IMG/VR virus record: IMGVR_UViG_3300032237_000992
Span: 1-53,997 of that record
Direction: 5' to 3' (one strand)
DNA: 53,997 nt
DNA from: a virus
Taxonomy: Duplodnaviria > Caudoviricetes
The position numbers and the translations under genes were made by a program. The notes under the pieces are model-generated. The model saw only the letters and a program-made list of their open reading frames with translations, had not been told where the DNA came from and made no database searches. Positions 8,941-17,349 of the stretch are shown here, one piece after another (position 1 is the stretch's first letter; each line of letters starts with the position of its first letter).

Positions 8941-9486
8941 ATGAGTTATTCTCCCAAATTCAAAAAAGGAGATGTTATTATCTCCAAACATGGTTCAAGA
9001 CCCTCTGTTGTTATTACAGTAGCAAGGTCTGAGTGGGATAATTATGATGTGAAGTATCTTCATAATAATCGCACTAATTATTTTTACGGAAACAATCAAA
9101 ACAATTACTACCTTTACGAGGATCTTGAAATGACAAATGTTAAAACTCTTTATTCTTTCACTAAAGTAGACGGCACCACTGGTTACGGTACTCACATCGG
9201 AACCAACAGTCAGAACAAGTATCTGATTGAAGAAAAGACTACTCATGAGATTCATGTTCTGAGCAAGAGTGATCTTGAGGAAGTTCTGCCTTACACCTTC
9301 AGCGTGGAAATGGAAGGTTCTGAGTATCACTATGTTGGTCAACCCGATACTGTTAAAGTTGGCGATCTTCTGCTGAACACTGAAGCAAAGAGCGTTCGCC
9401 TTGCTGTCGTAAAAGCACTGGATACGAAGGATAAAACTCCCCGTGCGAAGTTCAAAGGTCGTAAACTGGTAACTGTTGAAATCTGA
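8941..9486 (+). CDS. Hypothetical protein
   Basis: ORF track; GAGG RBS. Confidence 0.7.
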   Translation: MSYSPKFKKGDVIISKHGSRPSVVITVARSEWDNYDVKYLHNNRTNYFYGNNQNNYYLYEDLEMTNVKTLYSFTKVDGTTGYGTHIGTNSQNKYLIEEKTTHEIHVLSKSDLEEVLPYTFSVEMEGSEYHYVGQPDTVKVGDLLLNTEAKSVRLAVVKALDTKDKTPRAKFKGRKLVTVEI

Positions 9487-9488
9487 AC

Positions 9489-9806
9489 ATGAAACCTATT
9501 CTTACAACTATCGGTGCTGGTGTTGGTGCAATCGCCCTTCTCTGGGCGGTTGCCTATCACGATCTGGTCTTCACTGCTTTCTTTGCTCCTAAGTTTGAGA
9601 ATGTGCGAAGGAATACCTTTGAGCAATCAAAGTCCTTCCGTGATGGATCAATTCAAGAACTGCAAAACATGCAGTTTGAATATATCAAGGCAGATCCTGC
9701 ACATAAAAAAGCACTGGCGGATGTGATTCGCCATCGTGCTGTTGAGGTTCCTGCCGACGCTATGCCTACTGATCTTCAATCCTTTATTGCAAATCTTCCT
9801 CAATGA
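9489..9806 (+). CDS. Membrane-anchored hypothetical protein
   Basis: N-terminal TM segment; coupled to downstream lipoprotein. Confidence 0.75.
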   Translation: MKPILTTIGAGVGAIALLWAVAYHDLVFTAFFAPKFENVRRNTFEQSKSFRDGSIQELQNMQFEYIKADPAHKKALADVIRHRAVEVPADAMPTDLQSFIANLPQ

Positions 9807-10303
9807 AACGCATTCTTCCTATTGCTGCTCTTGCAGTTCTTGGTTTTAGTCTGACTGGTTGTGTTCTTCCTCCACCAACTTCGGATGAAACTCAACGAGC
9901 ACAACAAGAGCGCATTCTTCAAGAAGGTTCTGCTCAAACTGGTATGCCTGCAATCAAGAACTTCCGTGAGCGTAAACTCATGAAGCAGATTCTTGAACTG
10001 CGGGATCAGGATGGTTTGGTGACTTATACCTACATCGTTTCTGAAATGACTGGTAAACTGGTCTTCTTCTGTGATTCGATTGGTTATGGTCTGCCTGCTG
10101 CAACTCAATATACCAATCCACAGAAGACTGAGTATAGTGGATCAACTGGTCTTACAACTCTTCCTCAGGCAGATCCGAATGGTCTGTTCTCTCCTTCCAG
10201 TGCGGAAGGTACTTGGGTGATGTGTACCGATCCCAGTGGAAGTGGTAAGACTCGCCCTGTTTATGTTGAACCTCGCATCGTCGTTTCTCCTTTCAAACTC
10301 TGA
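9803..10303 (+). CDS. Putative lipoprotein
   Basis: Signal peptide MKRILPIAALAVLGFSLTGC with lipobox; PQADPNGLFSPSSAEGTWV motif. Confidence 0.75.
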   Translation: MKRILPIAALAVLGFSLTGCVLPPPTSDETQRAQQERILQEGSAQTGMPAIKNFRERKLMKQILELRDQDGLVTYTYIVSEMTGKLVFFCDSIGYGLPAATQYTNPQKTEYSGSTGLTTLPQADPNGLFSPSSAEGTWVMCTDPSGSGKTRPVYVEPRIVVSPFKL

Positions 10304-10305
10304 TC

Positions 10306-10503
10306 ATGTATAGGAATAAAGGATTCACTCTTGTAGAACTGATGATTGCTGTTGTAATTGGTGGCATTTTTATTGCGATTGGAGTTGGTGCGATGAAGGG
10401 ACAATCTTTTATGCCTCATAAGGATTCTTGTCTCTCGCAAGGTGGCAAATATACTGAAGGTATGCAGTATGGTCGTTATACTCATCTTTGCACTTACAAC
10501 TGA
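10306..10503 (+). CDS. Mini type IV pilin-like protein (prepilin N-terminal cleavage/methylation motif)
   Basis: KG|FTLVELMIAVVIGGIF; short C-terminus with two Cys. Confidence 0.8.
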   Translation: MYRNKGFTLVELMIAVVIGGIFIAIGVGAMKGQSFMPHKDSCLSQGGKYTEGMQYGRYTHLCTYN

Positions 10504-10506
10504 ATT

Positions 10507-10725
10507 ATGAAAGCATACAAGTTTGAACTCATTTGTTTTGATCCAAATGGAGACTGTGATTTGGATGATATGAAGTATGAATTGAGAAATCAAAAATACT
10601 TCTGTAGTAAAATTCATTCCATTCAATCTGTAGAAATTGGTGAATGGGACGACGATCATCCTCTGAATAACAGGGACAAATCAAAATACTTTATTCAAAA
10701 TGCTGAGTGGACTAATGAATTATGA
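10507..10725 (+). CDS. Hypothetical protein
   Basis: ORF track; EIGEWDDDHPLN motif. Confidence 0.7.
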   Translation: MKAYKFELICFDPNGDCDLDDMKYELRNQKYFCSKIHSIQSVEIGEWDDDHPLNNRDKSKYFIQNAEWTNEL

Positions 10726-10883
10726 TTACTAGGATCATCGGAGTAGGACTTGGAGTAGCAGTTCTACTTTACATTCTTCTTCTGAGAGGACTGCCCGTAC
10801 TCTTCTTCATTAAGATGCTTCCTCTCATTTTCCTTCTACTTGTTGCTGCTGCGTTTATCTACGCAGGAGTAACCTCCGACTAA
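10722..10883 (+). CDS. Small two-TM membrane protein
   Basis: Manually translated 53-aa, almost entirely hydrophobic ORF; ATGA overlap. Confidence 0.7.
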   Translation: MITRIIGVGLGVAVLLYILLLRGLPVLFFIKMLPLIFLLLVAAAFIYAGVTSD

Positions 10884-10908
10884 TTGTTCCTTTACTTAAT
10901 TCTTAACT

Positions 10909-11718
10909 ATGTCTCTTGCTAAAATTGGTATCGGTGCTGGTGCTGTTGTTCTTGCAATCACTCTGACTGCTGGACAATTCACTACGATCAGCACTGGTGA
11001 AAATGGTCTTTATGTTGGTTTTGATGGTCAGGTGAAGAATGAGATTCTGACTCCTGGTATCAAATACGATGGTTTCGGTAGCATCAAAGTCTTCAACACT
11101 CGTAAGATCACTGTAACTGCAAATGATCTGCGTCCGAAGACGAAAGATAACACCATCATGAAAGAGATGGATGTGACTGTGACTTACAGCATCAATCCTA
11201 CTTCTCTGTATGAGTTCTACACTGGTTATGATATTTCAAATCACAGTGTTACAAATGACGGACAGGTTCAACTTATGGCGAACTACATTTCCCGTCTGAT
11301 TACTTCTGCTGTGAATCAGTCTGTAGATGAGTTTCCTGCTCTTTCTGTGAATAGCAATCTGGAGCAGATTCAGGACACCATCAAGAACAATCTTGGCGAA
11401 GCACTGAAGAAGAACGGTCTGGAAGGCAAGATCACGGTTGATTCCATCATCGTGGGCAAGGCAGACCTTCCTGACGATCTGGTTGCTTCTGTGAACCGTG
11501 TGGTTGCTGCTCAGAGTGCAAATAAGGAGCAGCAGGTACGAACTGAGACTGCACAACTGAAAGCAGAAGAAAATAAGGCACTGGCATCTACTGTGAGTGC
11601 TCAATCGCTGGAATATCAGCGAAATGAGATTCTGAAAGCAGCATTCCAAAATGGTAGCATTCAGAAGATTCTGATTGTGAACGGCACTCCTCTTCAGTTC
11701 TTCCCTACTGATAAGTGA
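10909..11718 (+). CDS. SPFH/band 7 (prohibitin-like) membrane protein
   Basis: N-terminal TM, I.TGENG.YV.F.G.V...ILTPG, TKDN...DVTVTYSI, C-terminal coiled coil. Confidence 0.8.
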   Translation: MSLAKIGIGAGAVVLAITLTAGQFTTISTGENGLYVGFDGQVKNEILTPGIKYDGFGSIKVFNTRKITVTANDLRPKTKDNTIMKEMDVTVTYSINPTSLYEFYTGYDISNHSVTNDGQVQLMANYISRLITSAVNQSVDEFPALSVNSNLEQIQDTIKNNLGEALKKNGLEGKITVDSIIVGKADLPDDLVASVNRVVAAQSANKEQQVRTETAQLKAEENKALASTVSAQSLEYQRNEILKAAFQNGSIQKILIVNGTPLQFFPTDK

Positions 11719-11724
11719 GACACT

Positions 11725-11758
11725 AGGCACCTTAGGGATCCCTAAGGTGCCTTATACT
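11725..11758 (+). promoter_or_regulatory. Perfect 28-bp palindrome followed by -10 box
   Basis: aggcaccttagggatccctaaggtgcct (11725-11752) then TATACT 11753-11758. Confidence 0.7.
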
Positions 11759-12045
11759 ACTCTAAACTAACCAAACAAAATGATTGAACTGATTGCGAGC
11801 ACCATTATTGCCAGTGCATCCACAAGGGATGCCTCTGAAGACATTAACCGCTTTTGTGCCTATGTCGTTGGTATTCCTTATGCAAGCGATAACTTCACTG
11901 ATGAAGAATGGAAACGATTTAAATTCTGTAGAGACACACTGAGCCAATGAACTTAACTGAACTGATTGAAGACTTTACTGAAACTGAAGAGTATGATGAG
12001 CAAGTTCAAGATTGGATGGGACACTTAGAGAGTGATGACTTCTAT

Positions 12046-12103
12046 GTGCCAGATCATGAACTGGTCTACTGAAGCTCGTAGGGCGTCCCTGATGCCCTAC
12101 AAT
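12046..12103 (+). promoter_or_regulatory. Early-type module
   Basis: gtgccaga-tcatga-actggtct (12046-12067); TACAAT at 12098. Confidence 0.7.
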
Positions 12104-12132
12104 ACTTTCATACACACAGAGGAATTCTCCGA

Positions 12133-12594
12133 ATGACCACCACGACCTTTGCCGAGTACGCTGCCCAACAGGAAGCCCGCAACGACATTGCTCTCGCTGT
12201 TCTGGGCCATACGCTTGCTCTCTGTGAGGCTCTGCGTAATAACTACATTAAATACTCCATTCGGATGCATGAGGGTCATGTGGACCGAATTGGTGCCACT
12301 CGTCCTGAGGATCTGGAGTATCGCAACGCTGCTCTTGAGAAGCTCAAGCAGGGCATTTCTCCTGTTGATTTTGTGATTGAAACTGGTCGCAAGTATCATA
12401 AAATCATCTTCGTTGATGGTGGCGGCAATCGTTCTTGCCATGCTTTTGTGAACAAGAAGACTGGTGAAGTCTACAAGTCTGCAAGCTGGAGTGCTCCTGC
12501 CAAAGGTATTCGCTATGATCTTCGCCTGATCTCCGATCGTGAGTGGCTGCTGGAAAATGCAGACTGGGCTGGTGGTTATCTTTACCGAAAGTGA
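12133..12594 (+). CDS. Conserved cyanophage hypothetical protein
   Basis: GRKYHKI...HAFVNKKTGEVYKSASWSAPAKGIRYDL family pattern. Confidence 0.75.
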   Translation: MTTTTFAEYAAQQEARNDIALAVLGHTLALCEALRNNYIKYSIRMHEGHVDRIGATRPEDLEYRNAALEKLKQGISPVDFVIETGRKYHKIIFVDGGGNRSCHAFVNKKTGEVYKSASWSAPAKGIRYDLRLISDREWLLENADWAGGYLYRK

Positions 12595-12599
12595 ATTGC

Positions 12600-12842
12600 A
12601 TGAAAAAATTCATTCTTATTCTCTCAGTGCTTCTTTTTCCAGTCAAGTGTCAAGCAATTACTTGGAATCAGTTCTGGGCACCATTTGAACATCGTCCTTA
12701 TTACTATTCCCCCTATCAAACTCCATACATTCCGATGTGTCAGAGAGAAATTGTTCACACTGAGTATGTTCCTGCAAACTACTGGAATCCATCTTATGTG
12801 AGAGTTTGGTCTGAGTGGGTTCGTGTTCCTTGCAATTACTGA
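12600..12842 (+). CDS. Hypothetical protein with signal peptide
   Basis: MKKFILILSVLLFPVKCQA. Confidence 0.6.
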   Translation: MKKFILILSVLLFPVKCQAITWNQFWAPFEHRPYYYSPYQTPYIPMCQREIVHTEYVPANYWNPSYVRVWSEWVRVPCNY

Positions 12843-12983
12843 AAAATCTATGCTTACCGATCTTTGGTATCAATTTTACTATATTCTTCAGCGGGATGCT
12901 CCTGAATACATGGACGAATATCTGGAGAATACTGCTGCTAAACTTGAAATTCCTGTTGATTATCTCATTCAAGAGTTTCTGAC

Positions 12984-13012
12984 TTGACAAATTCAAAACC
13001 TTATCTTAAAAT
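12984..13012 (+). promoter_or_regulatory. Host-like sigma70 promoter
   Basis: TTGACA-17bp-TAAAAT followed by AAGGAG. Confidence 0.75.
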
Positions 13013-13035
13013 AAAGGAGTAATTTACACAACACA

Positions 13036-13266
13036 ATGAAATATCTGTACATTGTTGACTACTGGGTTCCGTTTCCTTCATCTGAATATGGTGGAATTAT
13101 CAATCTGATTGCTGAATCCGACACAGAAGCCTTTGAAATTCTTTCTGCCGAAGATCTGTTTGATGATAGGTATACAGATCGAATTATGGAACGAGTCGTC
13201 AATGCTCAACGATTTCAACTTGCAGAAGATTTTGAGTCTGGACTTTTGGAGGCATTTACGATATGA
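13036..13266 (+). CDS. Conserved hypothetical protein
   Basis: ORF track; VDYWVPFPSSEYGG motif. Confidence 0.7.
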   Translation: MKYLYIVDYWVPFPSSEYGGIINLIAESDTEAFEILSAEDLFDDRYTDRIMERVVNAQRFQLAEDFESGLLEAFTI

Positions 13267-13423
13267 CGCAACTTTATCGAATTGAAGAGAAATTTACAAA
13301 TGGATGGCAATTGATTGATGAACACGCAACAAAACTGACCAAGGAAGAGTGCCAAAGAAAGCTAGAGGCTTATATTATTGAAGGATATAATCCAGCTTAT
13401 CTACGAGCAGTTCCTGATGTTGA

Positions 13424-13741
13424 ATGAATTATCTTCCAGAAATAAACGATTATGTCAAATGGGAAGACAATCTTGAAGGATGGGTCTATTTTAAATGTGA
13501 GAACTACATTACAATTGAACAGTCAGTTCAACTGAAATCTCCAGAAAATTATCAGGCTTGTCCTCTTCATCGTAATGAAAGATTGTTAGTTTTATGTTAT
13601 GAACATCAATGGAAACAATTGAATAAGATAGGCTACCGAAAGAATAAATATTCTGTAGAAATACTTAACACAGAAGACAGTGAAGACATTCAAACAGTTT
13701 CAAGAGCAAATGGCACCTCTAAAATCAATTCATGTCATTGA
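13424..13741 (+). CDS. Hypothetical protein
   Basis: ORF track. Confidence 0.65.
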   Translation: MNYLPEINDYVKWEDNLEGWVYFKCENYITIEQSVQLKSPENYQACPLHRNERLLVLCYEHQWKQLNKIGYRKNKYSVEILNTEDSEDIQTVSRANGTSKINSCH

Positions 13742-13806
13742 TACCCGAACTCCTGCAGATAAAGTAAGAGATCTACAATTACAGAGAAGAAATCTACCAA
13801 CAAATA

Positions 13807-14064
13807 ATGATAAAAAAGCATGAAAGAATGTGGAGATGGTGGGCGAAGGCATTAGGTGAAAAACCCTCAAAGTGTGATAGAGAGTCTGATATCATCGCTC
13901 TCATTCGCACTTTTATTTTTGTCTCTTATCTGACTACAAATCTTTTTATTATTGCTAATACTATTCGACACTGGAATGACAATCATCAAGTATCAAGTTC
14001 ACTACATTCGCCAAAAGAAGAAAAAAACAACAAAACAAGTCGCAGGAGATTTTATTCAGATTGA
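13807..14064 (+). CDS. Hypothetical membrane protein
   Basis: WRWWAKALGEK...IIANTIRHW; one TM. Confidence 0.65.
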   Translation: MIKKHERMWRWWAKALGEKPSKCDRESDIIALIRTFIFVSYLTTNLFIIANTIRHWNDNHQVSSSLHSPKEEKNNKTSRRRFYSD

Positions 14065-14132
14065 AGATGCCATCTGGTATGAAAATCAAATGAAACTGCA
14101 AGGTCATACAAATATTGAAATTATTCCAGTTT

Positions 14133-14140
14133 TATAAATA
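14133..14140 (+). promoter_or_regulatory. T4-type late promoter
   Basis: TATAAATA 20 bp before ATG 14161. Confidence 0.75.
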
Positions 14141-14160
14141 CCTAAAAAGTATTTTAAAAA

Positions 14161-14979
14161 ATGGACAGAAACATTACAACAGATTTGGTAGAGGCTTATG
14201 CTTCCATCTATTCTTCTCAAGAAGAATCACAATTTCTTTCTGAAGACTATGACTATGATGATGAAGAAGTTCTATTAGACGAATGTTATATTGCAGCACA
14301 ATACTTCGCTGAGCAAGGACTGAATGAGTATGGAGTTGAAGCTCTGATTGAAGAATTGGGACTGAATGAGTTTGTAGATTATGTCTGTGAAATTGTTGAT
14401 GAATACACTCTGACCGAAGCAAGAAGAGGTCCAGGTGGAACACAGGTCAGAATTGAACCTGTGACAGATAAGGGTAAGCCGTATAAGGGAGGAAAACCAA
14501 CCAAGGCAGGATTAAAAAGACTTCGTGCTCTCAAAGCGGCAAGACAGGAAGGTGAAGAGAAAGCATCTGCATCAAGACCATCTGGAATGAGAGCAGCACT
14601 TCACAGTCAATCTAACACTGCTGCTGATGCAAAAAAAGGCCCATCGGTTGTGGATCGTATTGCAGGTGCTGTTCGCTCTGGTGTTGAAAGACATAACAAG
14701 GCGATGAACACTGCTGGTGAGGTTGCTAAAGTTGCAGGAAAGGCAGCAGGATTGATTGGAAAGCATGTTCTTAAGCCTGCTGCTGCTGGTTTCTTTGGAA
14801 CTCTAAGTGGTGCTGGTCATGTTGCAGCAAAAGGACTGAAGAAAGAAGAAGTTGAATATCTTCTCTATTATTTGATGACTGAAGGTTATGCCTCTACTGC
14901 GGAGGATGCGATCATCATTCTTGAGAACATGAGTGATTTGTGGGTGAATACTGTTCTTACTGAAGCCTATCAAAACTGA
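14161..14979 (+). CDS. Late-expressed hypothetical protein (possible internal head protein)
   Basis: Late promoter; acidic N- and C-terminal segments (L.E motifs, EGYA) around a basic Ala/Gly/Lys-rich core. Confidence 0.6.
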   Translation: MDRNITTDLVEAYASIYSSQEESQFLSEDYDYDDEEVLLDECYIAAQYFAEQGLNEYGVEALIEELGLNEFVDYVCEIVDEYTLTEARRGPGGTQVRIEPVTDKGKPYKGGKPTKAGLKRLRALKAARQEGEEKASASRPSGMRAALHSQSNTAADAKKGPSVVDRIAGAVRSGVERHNKAMNTAGEVAKVAGKAAGLIGKHVLKPAAAGFFGTLSGAGHVAAKGLKKEEVEYLLYYLMTEGYASTAEDAIIILENMSDLWVNTVLTEAYQN

Positions 14980-15003
14980 GGACGTAATTTAATCTCATCA
15001 TTC

Positions 15004-15033
15004 AAAAGAAGGGCTCATTACCCTTCTTTTTTT
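15004..15033. terminator. Bidirectional intrinsic terminator
   Basis: aaaagaaggg-ctcatta-cccttctttttt between convergent genes. Confidence 0.8.
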
Positions 15034-15841
15034 ATGCGTAGAACCAATAATATTTTTTATAAGAGTACTTATGAGGGTTTCGTAGACTATTTTGTATTCC
15101 ACTTAAATTAGTAGTTCCAAATGCTCTACTGGCTTCACTAATACTATCAAAATATATCTCTTCCCAAGTTATTTTATGTACTCCTTTTATTGGTGTTTTA
15201 TTTGATGTAGGATCTAATCTTCTCCATCTGTATCCAAATGCTTTAGTCCCATTTTTAACTGCTTCGTGAATATTTGAATTTGCCTTTTTATCACCAGCCA
15301 CTTCTAAAGCAGCAGCCGTAAAACTTTCCCATATTTTTTCTTCACCAGTTTCTACATTAATTCCTAATACTCTTTTTGCTGTATGTTTTCCATTACCTCT
15401 GTTTTCTTTTAACATAAACCCAAAAGGTTCTTTTCTTTTCAAGTGACTTTGTTTTATTTTATCATTCCATTCATCAGTTCTTTTTTCTAACATAGCATTA
15501 GATACTGCTACTGATACTCTTTCTTCAAACTTCTCACTTAGAATTGTATTTTTACCACCAATCGTAGAATTGTATCCACCATCATCTTCAAAAGATTTGT
15601 AGTGTTGTATCCAATATTGTTCTTTTTCATCTAATAAATTTTCATTACATTCATCTATTTGCTTAATTGTAAATTTACCTATACCATATTTTCTAAATGC
15701 TTCATGTAATGGACATGATGACATTCTATTTGTTTCTGCGATGTGTTCTTGCCATCTTTTATTCATAGTCTTTTTTGTTTGACCAACATACTTGCATCCA
15801 TTCTCTTTGTTGGTAATCAAGTAAATGATTCCTTGTGCCAT
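15032..15841 (-). CDS. GIY-YIG homing endonuclease with NUMOD1-like repeats
   Basis: GIIYLITNKENGCKYVGQT...RW.EH...E.YWI..Y.S...GYN; two C-terminal F.S..EA-type repeats; only substantial minus-strand gene. Confidence 0.9.
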   Translation of the reverse strand: MAQGIIYLITNKENGCKYVGQTKKTMNKRWQEHIAETNRMSSCPLHEAFRKYGIGKFTIKQIDECNENLLDEKEQYWIQHYKSFEDDGGYNSTIGGKNTILSEKFEERVSVAVSNAMLEKRTDEWNDKIKQSHLKRKEPFGFMLKENRGNGKHTAKRVLGINVETGEEKIWESFTAAALEVAGDKKANSNIHEAVKNGTKAFGYRWRRLDPTSNKTPIKGVHKITWEEIYFDSISEASRAFGTTNLSGIQNSLRNPHKYSYKKYYWFYA

Positions 15842-15971
15842 ATGAATATAAAACTCTATTCATTATGTATAAAACAACACATGTATCACATAAAACATTA
15901 TACAAAATAGTAAGATTGCTATATTATTTGTGAATATATGTGAAAATATATGTTATCGAATTATAACAATC

Positions 15972-16011
15972 TGTGGAAAACCTGTGGAAAAGTATTATTT
16001 TATGTGGAAAA
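15972..16011 (-). promoter_or_regulatory. Three cyanobacterial-type DnaA boxes (TTTTCCACA)
   Basis: TGTGGAAAA at 15972-15980, 15983-15991, 16003-16011. Confidence 0.65.
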
Positions 16012-16021
16012 CTTAATCTTA

Positions 16022-16102
16022 TGTTTAATATTCTTAAGAACTTATAAATGACTTTTAATGTGTCTGGGTCTTGTGTTTAATATTCTTAAGAACTTATAAA
16101 TG
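16022..16102. repeat. 29-bp exact direct repeat
   Basis: tgtttaatattcttaagaacttataaatg at 16022-16050 and 16074-16102. Confidence 0.9.
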
Positions 16103-16159
16103 TCCGATCTTTATATCTTTATAATCTTATAAACGTCTGATTCTTAAGCAAGTTAGGCC

Positions 16160-16188
16160 AGTTTACCATAAGACCCGCAGTTTGTCAA
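16160..16188 (-). promoter_or_regulatory. Leftward sigma70 promoter
   Basis: Minus strand TTGACA-17bp-TAAACT with extended TG. Confidence 0.7.
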
Positions 16189-16236
16189 GCCCCACGGCCC
16201 CAAAAACCCATAAGAACCCCTAATACTCCCAGCCTC

Positions 16237-16266
16237 TTGACGCCCCGTGGCTTCCCGTGCTATGAT
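16237..16266 (+). promoter_or_regulatory. Rightward sigma70 promoter
   Basis: TTGACG-18bp-TATGAT with extended TG. Confidence 0.6.
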
Positions 16267-16520
16267 CTAGTCGAGATATGCACAGCAATCTAGTCGAGAC
16301 CTGCAATCTGGACTAGATCTGCATATATACTCTCATGATCTCGACGAGAACACACAGCAACAAGACTTGCATCTCGTCGAGAAACATGCTACACTTCTAG
16401 TTCACTCACATCTCGACGAGGCTTATGTACGACGATTACGATCTAGACTACACATGCTACAACGATCATTCTTATGATCTAGACGGGGAACCTGCACTAG
16501 ATTCATATGATCTAGATGAG
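16265..16520. repeat. Cluster 1 of 13-bp palindrome ATCT(A/C)G-N-C(T/G)AGAT
   Basis: atctagtcgagat, atctagtcgagac, atctggactagat, atctcgacgagaa, atctcgtcgagaa, atctcgacgaggc, then gatctaga copies inside ORF 16425. Confidence 0.8.
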
Positions 16521-16577
16521 GATTATGAGCGAGATTCACATGACTATCAAGATCTTGCATATCGCCATTACGCATGA
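16425..16577 (+). CDS. Very acidic Asp/Tyr-rich mini-protein
   Basis: Manually translated MYDDYDLDYTCYNDHSYDLDGEPALDSYDLDEDYERDSHDYQDLAYRHYA; GAGG RBS. Confidence 0.6.
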   Translation: MYDDYDLDYTCYNDHSYDLDGEPALDSYDLDEDYERDSHDYQDLAYRHYA

Positions 16578-16738
16578 GAAGAACTATGTTAGCACAGAAG
16601 CGCCTAGTACGAGTAACACTTGACATAGAGTGTTATGATGACCTAGATGTAGAGTGTATGAATTGGAAAGATATATTACAACTCGAAGGGGACGAGGATG
16701 TTCATTCTACGGTCAAGGAGTACGACCCCTTCATGTAA
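16574..16738 (+). CDS. Hypothetical mini-protein
   Basis: Manually translated 54 aa; ATGA overlap with previous ORF. Confidence 0.6.
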   Translation: MRRTMLAQKRLVRVTLDIECYDDLDVECMNWKDILQLEGDEDVHSTVKEYDPFM

Positions 16739-16947
16739 GTGTGCCAGTTTAAAGATTGGCCTTTATAAATAAAACAACATTACATTATGAGGGCTAGAGT
16801 TTATCCTGTCTCTAGAATAACAAAACAGGACATAATAAAACTGTGACTAATAAGAATAATTTAAAACCAGGACGATTCCTGATAGGTACTTAATGTCTTT
16901 AAGTCTTATCACTTAGGAGTCATATTTTGCTGTCTAAGCATAATAAT

Positions 16948-17007
16948 GTGCCAATTGGGACAGTGGCACAAGACCCCCTGGACCAGAGCACTTGCATCGG
17001 TTATGTT
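16948..17007 (+). promoter_or_regulatory. Early-type module
   Basis: gtgccaat-tgggac-agtggcac (16948-16969); TATGTT at 17002. Confidence 0.7.
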
Positions 17008-17031
17008 GGGTTCGTCCTTCAAACACCACCG

Positions 17032-17277
17032 ATGCGAACTGTTTCTGTTCATCCCGAAAAAAGCATTCGTTTCACCAAACATGCTAAGACTTGGTGCATC
17101 ATTCTCAACAACTACAAGAGAATGTATCCCCAACGTTCTTTTGCACAAGCAGCACAAGAACTGAATATTAGTGAGACCAGTGCTCGTAGGTATTACTATG
17201 GAATGCACCAGTTTGATGCTGGTTTTCGTGGAATTTCTTATAATCAGGTTCGTCGGGGAGCTTGCTGCCCAATCTGA
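17032..17277 (+). CDS. Putative helix-turn-helix DNA-binding protein
   Basis: RSFAQAAQELNISETSARRYY fits the HTH pattern. Confidence 0.6.
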   Translation: MRTVSVHPEKSIRFTKHAKTWCIILNNYKRMYPQRSFAQAAQELNISETSARRYYYGMHQFDAGFRGISYNQVRRGACCPI

Positions 17278-17324
17278 CAACTGGCACAAGGCTCCTGGAC
17301 CAGAGCACTTGCATCGGATACATT
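17266..17324 (+). promoter_or_regulatory. Early-type module
   Basis: tgcccaat-ctgaca-actggcac; TACATT at 17319. Confidence 0.75.
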
Positions 17325-17349
17325 AGACCTGTCCTGAACACCCCACCTC

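Noticed and set aside
402-14766. Minus-strand ORFs in the ORF track across the early region
   Set aside because: All overlap better-supported + strand genes and lack recognisable motifs
15032-15841. Group I intron around the GIY-YIG gene
   Set aside because: The gene is free-standing, antisense to its neighbours and interrupts no CDS
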